This document shows positions 44,209 through 52,870 of a DNA stretch of 64,000 bases, piece after piece. Position numbers and translations under genes: made by a program. The notes under the pieces were generated by a model. It worked only from the letters and a program-made list of their open reading frames with translations, was not told the origin of the DNA and did no database searches. Within the stretch, counting starts at the first letter, position 1. Every line of letters starts with the position of its first letter. The DNA is from Candidatus Zixiibacteriota bacterium (lineage in GTDB: Bacteria > Zixibacteria > MSB-5A5 > GN15 > FEB-12): positions 30,717 to 94,716 of the forward strand of contig JANQPI010000035.1 of assembly GCA_028289585.1 (NCBI GenBank). The letters run 5' to 3'.

Positions 44209-45501
44209 ATGACAACAACCCTCGACTACGCCACCCGTATCGACGAACTCGAACATCGACTCGCCGCGCGTCGGGCGGAGCTCCACGACCTTGCGACAAT
44301 GGGTGCGGTGATCACCTCGATCACCGAACTTGATGCGATTCTCTCGGTCGTCATGGATATGAGCCTCCGCCTTGTTGACGGTGAGGTCGGGTTTGTTATG
44401 GAAGCCGAGGGGGAGGACCTCGCTGCCCGCATCTCATGGGGAGTTGGTGAGGAGTTCGTTCGATCGCTCCACTACGCCGATGATCTCGATCTGCCGACGT
44501 GGGTGTACACCAATCGCGAAACGGTGCTGCTCTCCGATCTGGATCTCCGGACCGATGACGGCATGCAACTCAACAGTCTGATTGCCTCGCCCATTCAGGT
44601 TCAGGATAACTGCCTCGGGGTAATGATCATCATCAACAAGTCCGGAGGGACGTCCTTCACTGCCGATGATCAGGAGAAGCTCGAAGTTCTTCTCAATTTC
44701 CTCGCGGTTGCCATTCAGAACACACAGTTGATCAAGGCGAGGATGCGCCAGCAGCAGATGGAGCAGGAACTGCTCATTGCTCGCCAGGTGCAGACGACTA
44801 TCCTCCCGTCAGACCTCGCTCAAATGCCGGGTCTCCAGATTGGGACGGTCTATCAGCCGGCCCAGGAAGTGGGGGGAGATTTCTATGATGTCATTCGTTT
44901 AGGCGAGAAGAACTGTCTTGTCGTGCTTGGTGACGTCTCCAGTAAGGGAGTTCCGGCGGCGCTGGTTATGACAGCGACATCAGCTCTCATCCACTCAGTC
45001 GTCGACCTCGATCCGAACATCGATGTCGCGAACCTAATGATGAAAGTCAACGATCTGCTCTCCACGTCGATTATCAAAGACCGCGAAATGTTTGTGACGA
45101 TGTTCTTCGCGCGCTTCGATCTCGAACAAGGTGAGTTGAGTTATTGCAACGGCGGGCATGTGCCGGGCCTTTTCTGGGATGCCGCCGCTGGTGAGGTACG
45201 TGAGCTCGCGCTCGGAGGACCGATCGTTGGCGCATTTGTCGGTGCCCCATTTTCACGAGGGGCGCAACAAATCAAATCTGGTGACCGGTTGTTCCTGTTC
45301 ACCGACGGACTCACCGAAGCCGCGGACCGCTTTGACAATCTCTTCGGACGTGAGCGGGCCGAGGCGGTCTTCGTAGAGGAAATCAACCTGGCACCTCAGG
45401 CGGCCTGCGAACGTGTTCGCGAACGTATCGCCACCTTCGCCGAGGGCGCATCCGAAGAATCATACGACGACTTCACCGTCGTCCAGGCTGGGGTCGACTA
45501 G
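44209..45501 (+). CDS. GAF-domain PP2C-type (SpoIIE/RsbU-like) serine phosphatase
   Basis: A GAF-like N-terminal half. The PP2C core is ARQVQTTILP...EVGGDFYDVI...LGDVSSKGVPAALVMT...LFTDGLTEA. A TTG 44167 alternative start is possible. Confidence 0.85.
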   Translation: MTTTLDYATRIDELEHRLAARRAELHDLATMGAVITSITELDAILSVVMDMSLRLVDGEVGFVMEAEGEDLAARISWGVGEEFVRSLHYADDLDLPTWVYTNRETVLLSDLDLRTDDGMQLNSLIASPIQVQDNCLGVMIIINKSGGTSFTADDQEKLEVLLNFLAVAIQNTQLIKARMRQQQMEQELLIARQVQTTILPSDLAQMPGLQIGTVYQPAQEVGGDFYDVIRLGEKNCLVVLGDVSSKGVPAALVMTATSALIHSVVDLDPNIDVANLMMKVNDLLSTSIIKDREMFVTMFFARFDLEQGELSYCNGGHVPGLFWDAAAGEVRELALGGPIVGAFVGAPFSRGAQQIKSGDRLFLFTDGLTEAADRFDNLFGRERAEAVFVEEINLAPQAACERVRERIATFAEGASEESYDDFTVVQAGVD

Positions 45502-45502
45502 G

Positions 45503-45919
45503 ATGCCTCGTTACGCGTTCGATTATCCCTCCCGGTCAGACAGTGAAGCGCGGGCTATGGATGATCTCTTCGGACTACTCGAAGAGCACCAGATTCCGCA
45601 TGAACTACGGCAGCACTTTGCTCTCGCGGTATCGGAAGCGTTCACCAACGCTCTGGTCCACGGTAACCGACGTCAGGCTGAGAAGATAATCCATCTCGAG
45701 GTCGAGATTAATGACGACCTGTTGTCTGCCGATATAACCGACGAAGGCTCGGGCGGGCTCGACCGTATTGCTAATCGGTCGACGGCCGGCCTGCTGGCTG
45801 AAGGTGGGCGTGGAATTGACCTTATTCGTCACTACACCGATGCTTCATTTAGTGAGACACCAAATGGTGGCTTACGCGTGACGATCGTGATGAATCGAAA
45901 GAGCAACGTAGCGAACTAA
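45503..45919 (+). CDS. RsbW/SpoIIAB-like anti-sigma-factor-type serine kinase (HATPase_c_2)
   Basis: ATG 45503, 1 nt after the upstream stop. N-box EAFTNALVHGN, DEGSGG, GGRGIDLI. Confidence 0.8.
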   Translation: MPRYAFDYPSRSDSEARAMDDLFGLLEEHQIPHELRQHFALAVSEAFTNALVHGNRRQAEKIIHLEVEINDDLLSADITDEGSGGLDRIANRSTAGLLAEGGRGIDLIRHYTDASFSETPNGGLRVTIVMNRKSNVAN

Positions 45920-45943
45920 CGATAGCGTTTCATTCGGAGGACG

Positions 45944-46297
45944 ATGATGAACATCTCGATGCGGGAAGAGAACGGAATTGCGCTGCTGAGTTTGAGCGGA
46001 CGGCTCGATCTGGCCAGCGGCACCGCTCTGAAGGAGCAGGTCAAGAAACTCTTTGCCAACAACATGAACTCGATCCATCTGAATCTTGCGGAAGTTGAAT
46101 TTATCAACAGCTCCGGACTCGGCGCGATGGTCTCGATCATGAAAGAGACACGGATGCGCAAGGGGCGACTGACGCTGTCGAACTTGGCCACCTACGTTCA
46201 GGAGATTTTTGAGATCACGCAGCTTTCGCATATCTTTGAAATCTTCCCGACCGAAGAAGAAGCCGTCAGCTCGTTCTCGACAGTTCACGCCGGATAA
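45944..46297 (+). CDS. STAS-domain anti-sigma-factor antagonist (RsbV/SpoIIAA-like)
   Basis: 117 aa. LSGRLDLASGTALKEQV...VEFINSSGLGAMV contains the phosphorylatable-serine motif, ...IFEIFPTEEEAV. Confidence 0.85.
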   Translation: MMNISMREENGIALLSLSGRLDLASGTALKEQVKKLFANNMNSIHLNLAEVEFINSSGLGAMVSIMKETRMRKGRLTLSNLATYVQEIFEITQLSHIFEIFPTEEEAVSSFSTVHAG

Positions 46298-46336
46298 CGG
46301 CTCTGCCCCCCGACGATGGGGGGAGGGGGAGTTGCT

Positions 46337-48244
46337 ATGGCGCGTGTAACCGATCGTATCACGATCCTGTTGGCCCACTTGCAGGAGAATGATACCTCCG
46401 TTCGTATTCAGGCAATCGAGGAGCTGGGGGGCTTCGATGCCGATGAGGCCGTTGCTGGTCTTGTCGTTGCCCTGGAAGATACCGAACCGGCCGTTCGCGA
46501 AGTGGCCGCCGAGTTCTTGGCGGAGCGGCGCTCGACAACGGCAATTCGGCTATTGATCCATTTCCTCGGTCACGATCAAATCAGCACCCGCAACCTGGCA
46601 TCGGAAACGCTGGTGCGCATTGGTGCCCCTGCGGTCGATGACCTCATCACCCATCTCGATGCTGACGATCCTGATGTCCGCACGTTCATTGTCGATATTC
46701 TCGGACTGATCGGGGATCGCGCGGCAGTGGCAGCGCTTGTTCAGTGCCTCGATGATCCCAACCTGAACGTTGGCTGCGCTGCCGCTGAAGCGCTTGGTCG
46801 ACTTGCCGATTCGGCGGCCGTCGAGCCCTTGGTAGGTGCCATGGATCGGATGGACGATCTCCGGCTGCCCGCCATTGAAGCACTGGGCAATATCGGGGAT
46901 GCCTCAGCCGTCGCTCCACTCGTTGAGCGTTTAGCAACCGACGATCCAATCGTCCTGTATGGTGTCCTCGACGCCCTTGGGAAGCTCGGCGACGCCGACA
47001 CGGCCGAACGCTTGGCCCCATTTCTTGATGCCGATGATCGTTCCATCGCCGAAACCGCCCTGGCTGCCGTAATCGCAATCGATCGACGGCATGGTGGCCG
47101 CATTTCGGTCGATCTGTCCCTCGATCGCTTCACGGATTATCTCTTCGAGGGGATTCGCGATCACGACGCAGATATCACAGACTTTACGCTCAGTCGTCTC
47201 AAGCGTTGGTACGGTAATGATGTTCTTCGCGGGCTCCTCGGGGTTATTGACCACGTTTCCGACTCCGATTTGCATCGAATTACCGAGTTGCTGCGTGACG
47301 TTGGGTATCCTGCCGGTAAGGCGATTACCGATCGCTTGAAGACAGCAGCCAAGCCGCTCAAGCTCCGGCTACTCGACTTGCTGGTTCCGTTTGTCGACGA
47401 TGAGCTCGCTGCTGCGGTCACGCCACTAACGGCCGATGCTGATCCCGACGTGCGTCAGCGCATCGCCCACCTGTTGGGAATCTCCGGATGGACAGGGGCG
47501 ATCTACCCGCTCAAAGAGCTCGCCCTCGATCGACATGCCCATGTTCGTGCCGCTGCTTACAAGGCGATTGGCTGGCTCGGCTCCGACGCTCAGGTTGAGT
47601 GCATTATCCATGGACTCGATGACAAGTATCCCGAAGTGCGCGAAGCGGCATTGGGTGCGCTGATCATCATTGGCGGTCCTCATGTGATCGCGAAGTTAAC
47701 AGCAGATCTTTACCACGAAGACACTGAACGTCAGCGACTCAGTGTTATGGCCCTCGGTTGGATTGGGGAAGAGGAGGTTGTGTCTTCTCTGGTCAATGCC
47801 GTCGGTCATCCCGAGGCGACAGTGCGGCAGTCGGCGATCAACGCCCTGGCGCGAATCGGCGGTCTTCAGTCCGTTGACCCGATCCGCGCCACGCTGCACG
47901 ACAGCAATCCGGGAGTTCGCAAGGCGACTGCATCGGCCCTGGCGTTGTTAGCGGGTGAACGGGCGGTTCCCGACCTGATCGGTCTGCTGTCTGACGATGA
48001 CATTTGGGTGCGCTACCACACGATCTTGCAGCTGGGCACGATTCCGGGGGATGCGACCGTTGATGCCCTCTTGCCATTGATCAGTGATCCGCAGGACATC
48101 ATCAAACTTGCGGCTGCTAAAGCGCTGTCTGGCCTTAACTCTCAGCGCGCCTGTAGTGCCCTCGAATCGTTGCGGTCGGATGAAAATGAGGACCTTGTCG
48201 CGGTTGCGGAACAGGCCCTATCACAGATTGGAGATTCTGCGTGA
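46337..48244 (+). CDS. HEAT-repeat protein (PBS-lyase HEAT-like repeats throughout)
   Basis: ATG 46337 after GGGAGGGGGAG. More than 12 tandem units of the pattern VRxxAAxALGxxGDxxAVxPLxxxLxDxD (for example VRIQAIEELGGFDADEAVAGLVVALED). Confidence 0.8.
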   Translation: MARVTDRITILLAHLQENDTSVRIQAIEELGGFDADEAVAGLVVALEDTEPAVREVAAEFLAERRSTTAIRLLIHFLGHDQISTRNLASETLVRIGAPAVDDLITHLDADDPDVRTFIVDILGLIGDRAAVAALVQCLDDPNLNVGCAAAEALGRLADSAAVEPLVGAMDRMDDLRLPAIEALGNIGDASAVAPLVERLATDDPIVLYGVLDALGKLGDADTAERLAPFLDADDRSIAETALAAVIAIDRRHGGRISVDLSLDRFTDYLFEGIRDHDADITDFTLSRLKRWYGNDVLRGLLGVIDHVSDSDLHRITELLRDVGYPAGKAITDRLKTAAKPLKLRLLDLLVPFVDDELAAAVTPLTADADPDVRQRIAHLLGISGWTGAIYPLKELALDRHAHVRAAAYKAIGWLGSDAQVECIIHGLDDKYPEVREAALGALIIIGGPHVIAKLTADLYHEDTERQRLSVMALGWIGEEEVVSSLVNAVGHPEATVRQSAINALARIGGLQSVDPIRATLHDSNPGVRKATASALALLAGERAVPDLIGLLSDDDIWVRYHTILQLGTIPGDATVDALLPLISDPQDIIKLAAAKALSGLNSQRACSALESLRSDENEDLVAVAEQALSQIGDSA

Positions 48245-48636
48245 GCACCTCCCGAACTATTATGGTTGTCGACGACGAGCTCCTCATTCGTGATTTGTTG
48301 TATGACTTCTTCAGCAATCAGGGCTGGCGTATTCTCGTTGCCGAGAATGGCGAGGCGGCGCTCGATCAACTCGCCGATATCGATGTTGACGTTGTGCTTG
48401 CTGATATCAAGATGCCGGAGCTCGATGGCCTTGAGCTAACGGAACGGTTGGGCGAGGAAAAACCCCAGCTTCCCGTTGTCCTTATGACCGGATATCCGTC
48501 AGTCGATACGGCCGTATCGGCCCTGCGGTTGCGAGCAGCCGACTACATCGTGAAACCGTTTAATATCAATCAGCTCTATAAGTTGATTGATCGCACTGTT
48601 GAGCAGGCGCAGGCTGAGGTGCGCGATTCGGCCTGA
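48241..48636 (+). CDS. Single-domain response regulator (REC only)
   Basis: GTG start overlapping the upstream TGA. IMVVDDELLIRDLL...VVLADIKMPELDGLEL...IVKPFNI. Confidence 0.88.
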   Translation: MSTSRTIMVVDDELLIRDLLYDFFSNQGWRILVAENGEAALDQLADIDVDVVLADIKMPELDGLELTERLGEEKPQLPVVLMTGYPSVDTAVSALRLRAADYIVKPFNINQLYKLIDRTVEQAQAEVRDSA

Positions 48637-48655
48637 ATGGCCGGTGGAGAGATGC

Positions 48656-49708
48656 ATGCTCAACCACTTCGATACAGATATCGAAATCACGTCGGACGAC
48701 CTGCGACAGACTCGTGACTATATCCACGATCTGAGCGGTATCCACTTCACCCTTGGTCAGATTACGTCGCGGCGGCACCGACTTCAGCAACGGATCGCCG
48801 ACTTACAGATGACGGCTTTCCGGGACTACTTTTATCACCTGAAGTATGACACAACCGAACGCGAGGGAACTCAGCTCATGTCGATCCTGGCGGATAGTGC
48901 CACGCAGTTTTTTGCTGATTCGGCGGTATTTGAAGCTCTCCGACAGACGATTCTTCCGCGCATCGTGGCGGACAAAGATGCGGCCCGCCGATCACGAACG
49001 TTACGGATTTGGTCGGCCGGATGCGCGACCGGTGAAGAGGCCTATTCACTGGCAATGGTCGTTCACGATATTCTCCGAGACCGTCAGGATCTGACCATCG
49101 AGATCATTGCTACGGATATCTCAACAGATGCTCTGGCCGCAGCCAGCCTCGGTGAGTATTCGGCCTCCGCCGTCGATACGCTTCCCGAAGCGTACCGCCA
49201 AGCGTTCTTCGTCGCGAGTGACGGCGATTTCCGTATCTCGGAGGAGCTGCGCGCCATGGTCAAGTTCTCTCAGCATAATCTTAACGATCCGGACAAAGTC
49301 CGCCTGATTCGCCATATCGACGCTATTGTCTGTTGTAACGTGATGACTGACTGGTCGGATAACGCGCGTCGTCGTCTCGTCCGAGGCTTTCATCGCGTTC
49401 TTCTCCCCGGAGGCTACCTGCTCCTGTCGTCTTCGGAATCGTTGCGTGGGATCAGTCGAGCCTTTCATCCAGTTGCTGTTGGTAAGTCGCTCGTCTATCG
49501 ACGGACGCCCCTTGCGATACGCAGTGAGGTGATTACCTCGGTCGAACATGTCGTTGGCACTGCCGAAGCTCCAATCGACCAACCGGTGGCAACAACCGAA
49601 CCCGCGACGACAAGCGTCACGGGGCGTGCGATGAATCTCTTGAAAGGGGTCAATGGCGCTTCCTCGGAATCGGATTGGGAGCATGCTGATTGGGGGCTGA
49701 GGCGATGA
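48656..49708 (+). CDS. cheR: CheR-type protein-glutamate O-methyltransferase with a ~90-aa C-terminal extension
   Basis: ATG 48656. SAM-binding LRIWSAGCATGEEAYSLAMVV, IIATDISTDAL, IVCCNVM, LLPGGYLLL. Confidence 0.85.
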   Translation: MLNHFDTDIEITSDDLRQTRDYIHDLSGIHFTLGQITSRRHRLQQRIADLQMTAFRDYFYHLKYDTTEREGTQLMSILADSATQFFADSAVFEALRQTILPRIVADKDAARRSRTLRIWSAGCATGEEAYSLAMVVHDILRDRQDLTIEIIATDISTDALAAASLGEYSASAVDTLPEAYRQAFFVASDGDFRISEELRAMVKFSQHNLNDPDKVRLIRHIDAIVCCNVMTDWSDNARRRLVRGFHRVLLPGGYLLLSSSESLRGISRAFHPVAVGKSLVYRRTPLAIRSEVITSVEHVVGTAEAPIDQPVATTEPATTSVTGRAMNLLKGVNGASSESDWEHADWGLRR

Positions 49709-50106
49709 AATCGAACGTTCCAATGTCGGATACTGGTAAGCCTACCGTATTGGTTGTCGATGATTCGCCAACCGTTATCAAGTTTCTGTCGTTTTCCTTG
49801 CGCAATGACGGCTTCGACGTTGTCTCGGCAGTCGACGGTGTCGATGCGCTCGAACGCCTCACCCGCCACCCGCAGTCGATCGATCTCGTCATCACGGATT
49901 TGAATATGCCGAACCTTGACGGATACGGTTTGATCGAAGCTATTCGTCAGAACGCTGATTTCCGCAACCTGCCGATCATTATCCTCTCGTTCGAAGCCAG
50001 CGATGAGGACGAGCAACGAGGGATTGAAGCGGGGGCAACGAGCTACTTTGTCAAGCCGTTCAAATCGTCACTCCTGCGGACCGAAGTCACGCGACTGCTG
50101 GGATAA
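49705..50106 (+). CDS. CheY-like single-domain response regulator
   Basis: ATGA overlap with cheR. VLVVDDSPTVIKFL...LVITDLNMPNLDGYGLI...YFVKPF. Confidence 0.88.
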   Translation: MKSNVPMSDTGKPTVLVVDDSPTVIKFLSFSLRNDGFDVVSAVDGVDALERLTRHPQSIDLVITDLNMPNLDGYGLIEAIRQNADFRNLPIIILSFEASDEDEQRGIEAGATSYFVKPFKSSLLRTEVTRLLG

Positions 50107-50107
50107 G

Positions 50108-50497
50108 ATGGAGTCCGGTTCCGTGTACGACCTCCGCATACTGGCTGTTGATGACTCGCCCACCATGCGACGGATTATCATCAACACGTTGAAACGTGCG
50201 GGTTTCCCGAACGTCATTGAGGCAGTCGATGGCAAAGACGCGCTGGCTAAGATTCAGGTGGAACCTGTCGATTTTGTCATCGCGGATTGGAACATGCCAG
50301 AAATGGATGGTCTGGAGCTGGTGGCTGCGCTGCGTGAGAGTGTGGATTATCACAATCTGCCTGTTCTCATGGTAACGACACGATCCGTCAAAGAAGATAT
50401 CGTTGAGGCGATGCGTGCCGGGGTCAACAGCTACATCGTGAAGCCGTTCACGCCCGAAATTCTTCGCGAGAAAATCCTCCAGATTACCTGCGTGTAG
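50108..50497 (+). CDS. cheY: CheY chemotaxis-type response regulator
   Basis: ATG 50108, 1 nt after the upstream stop. ILAVDDSPTMRRIIINTLKRAGF...FVIADWNMPEMDGLELV...YIVKPFT. Confidence 0.88.
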   Translation: MESGSVYDLRILAVDDSPTMRRIIINTLKRAGFPNVIEAVDGKDALAKIQVEPVDFVIADWNMPEMDGLELVAALRESVDYHNLPVLMVTTRSVKEDIVEAMRAGVNSYIVKPFTPEILREKILQITCV

Positions 50498-50509
50498 TCC
50501 GAGTCGCGC

Positions 50510-51439
50510 ATGATCGATCGGGCGACACCATCAGAATCAGAAAACGAACTCAGCGAGATCGTTGATTCGTTCGTCATCGAATCACGAGAGCTCCTGGCCG
50601 ACTGCTATCGGTATCTCAACCGATGGTCGACCGACGGAGATGCGGGCGATTCGATGGCGGATCTTGCCCGGGCATTACACACAATCAAAGGCACCGCCAG
50701 CTTTCTGAATCTCGAGGCGATTGTCGCGCGGGCGCATGCTCTTGAGGAGACGCTTCGCGCGTTCGGCTGCGACCAATCCACGGTGACAGTCGATGCCGTT
50801 GGCGAACTGAGTGACCACCTGGATCAGCTGGCGATCGATGTCTCACTGGTGGGGGAGATACGCCCAGAAAACGTACCACATCGTCCGTTCACCGAAGTAG
50901 CTGTCGCTGCCTACTGTCAGGCGCTCGCGGGGTACGTCGAGCGAATTGCCGCTGAGTGCAGCATTAACGCGGCGCTCTCAGTCAGCGTTCGCCCCGATGA
51001 TCTTCCTTATCAACTCGTTCAGCCGCTGTCATCAGCGATTCTCCATTTGCTGCGTAATGCGTGCGCCCACGGCATAGAGTCGGCCGGTCTACGGGTCGCC
51101 GCTGGAAAGCCGGCAACCGGTGTGATTTCTCTGAGCATCGAACTTGACGACCAGCAGCTGACGGTGCGTGTCGCCGATGATGGTCGGGGGCTTGATGCTA
51201 AGGCAATCTCAGCGGCCGCGCGAGAGTTTGGGGAGGCGGCAACCGGCCCCATGACTGCCGAGGAGCAGATCATCCTTCCAGGGTTCTCCACCGCGCTCTC
51301 AGCTGGCCCCCTCGCCGGTCGAGGGTATGGCCTCGATGTCGTTCGCCGGAGCGCTGAGGCACTGGGTGGCAGGCTCGTTGTCGAGGGTCGTCAGGGTCAC
51401 GGTTTCGCAGCCGTGGTTACCATTCCGCAAATCCGGTAA
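50510..51439 (+). CDS. Minimal CheA-like kinase: HPt (P1) plus CheA-type HATPase (P4) only
   Basis: HPt motif LARALHTIKGTASFL. CheA-type N-box HLLRNACAHGIES, G1 ADDGRGLD, F-box IILPGFSTA, G2 AGRGYGLDVV. At 309 aa there is no room for the P2, P3 or P5 (CheW-like) domains. Confidence 0.75.
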   Translation: MIDRATPSESENELSEIVDSFVIESRELLADCYRYLNRWSTDGDAGDSMADLARALHTIKGTASFLNLEAIVARAHALEETLRAFGCDQSTVTVDAVGELSDHLDQLAIDVSLVGEIRPENVPHRPFTEVAVAAYCQALAGYVERIAAECSINAALSVSVRPDDLPYQLVQPLSSAILHLLRNACAHGIESAGLRVAAGKPATGVISLSIELDDQQLTVRVADDGRGLDAKAISAAAREFGEAATGPMTAEEQIILPGFSTALSAGPLAGRGYGLDVVRRSAEALGGRLVVEGRQGHGFAAVVTIPQIR

Positions 51440-51502
51440 GTCTAACTTTTAGTTGAAGATAGCTCCTTCCACCGGCATTGTCGCAAACGGTGGTAAGGGA
51501 AT

Positions 51503-52870
51503 ATGTCTGATCGAGATCAACTCGTCGCAGCGCTGGCGGCATCGAACGGTGACAATTCTGTCGGCTCGTTTACGGAGTCGTATGCCGTCTTTCAGCGGTC
51601 GATTAACCGTCTCCAGCGGCAGTATATCCAACTCCGCGAGGAGTTTTCGGCTCAGAATAGCCAGCTCGTAGCGCTAAATCGCGAGCTGGTATCGCTGACC
51701 GGCCAGAACGTCGCCACCACCCAGTTTCTTGACTCAATTCTTCGGGCACTTGGTGTCGCCGTTGTTGCTGTCGATCGCCGGGGCATAATCACGCACTGTA
51801 ACCCCGCGGCCTGTCACCTCTTAGGAGTTGAAGAGTCAGCTCTTCTTGGCCAGCCGTACGAGGTCGCCGTGCCGTCGCTTGCCGACGATGGTGCGACTGC
51901 GGCCGCCGCCATACGATCGGGCGAAACGGTCGCCAATGTACCGCGTCGACTCATCCTTCCTGGACAACCCGAGCTTCAGCTCTCGGTGTCCACCGCCCTT
52001 CTGCACGACGATGAGGGGGCGATTAGTGGAGCGGTTGAAATATGTCATGATCTGACGCCTCTGCGGCGGATGGAGCAGGAGGTCGCACGTCTGAATACCC
52101 TGGTTGCCCTGGGTGAGATGGCCGCGACAATCGCGCACGAGGTTCGCAACCCCCTCGCTGGAATCGCCGGATTCGCCTCCCTCCTGAGGAATGATCTTGA
52201 AGAAGAAGATCCGCGGCGACGGACCGCGGACAAGATCATTAAGGGGGTCGAAGCGCTCGACCATACCGTTACGACACTGCTCAACTACACCCGCCAGGAA
52301 GAACTGCAGATGCAGTCGGTCTCATTATTGCCCTGGCTGACACAAATTATCGCACGCTGGCGGACTGAATCTCCTGATCGAGGTCGACCGACGTTACGTG
52401 CTCCGAAAGATCCTGCCTTAGTTGACTTCGTCCTTTCTGTCGATCCCGTGCTCATGCACCAAGTACTGTTCAACCTGTTTGCCAATGCGTATGAGGCCGC
52501 CGGCGACGGGGACGTAACGATTACGCTATCGACTCGGCTCCTCGCACGATCGCATGCCGTCGTCAGTTATGGTGACCAGATACCGTTGACCCTGAACGAA
52601 ACGATCGTTGAGCTGTTGGTCAGTGATGATGGCCCCGGTGTCCCGAGCGAAATGCTCCCCAAGCTGTTTCGTCCCTTCTTTACGACCAAGAAACAGGGGA
52701 CCGGGCTCGGTTTAGCCGCTGCTGCCAAGATTGTACGTGCTCACGGTGGAGCGATCGATGCTCGCCCGGCCGAGCCAACGGGTCTAACCATTGTTATTGC
52801 ATTACCTGTAGCCCTGCCGTCTGCGACGGCACCGACACGGATGTCGGAATCCGGGGAGAGGAGAGCATGA
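51503..52870 (+). CDS. PAS-domain sensor histidine kinase (NtrB/FleS-like)
   Basis: PAS (VAVDRRGIITHCNPAACHLLGV), H-box MAATIAHEVRNPLAGI, HATPase FFTTKKQGTGLGLAAAAKIVRAHGG. Confidence 0.9.
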   Translation: MSDRDQLVAALAASNGDNSVGSFTESYAVFQRSINRLQRQYIQLREEFSAQNSQLVALNRELVSLTGQNVATTQFLDSILRALGVAVVAVDRRGIITHCNPAACHLLGVEESALLGQPYEVAVPSLADDGATAAAAIRSGETVANVPRRLILPGQPELQLSVSTALLHDDEGAISGAVEICHDLTPLRRMEQEVARLNTLVALGEMAATIAHEVRNPLAGIAGFASLLRNDLEEEDPRRRTADKIIKGVEALDHTVTTLLNYTRQEELQMQSVSLLPWLTQIIARWRTESPDRGRPTLRAPKDPALVDFVLSVDPVLMHQVLFNLFANAYEAAGDGDVTITLSTRLLARSHAVVSYGDQIPLTLNETIVELLVSDDGPGVPSEMLPKLFRPFFTTKKQGTGLGLAAAAKIVRAHGGAIDARPAEPTGLTIVIALPVALPSATAPTRMSESGERRA

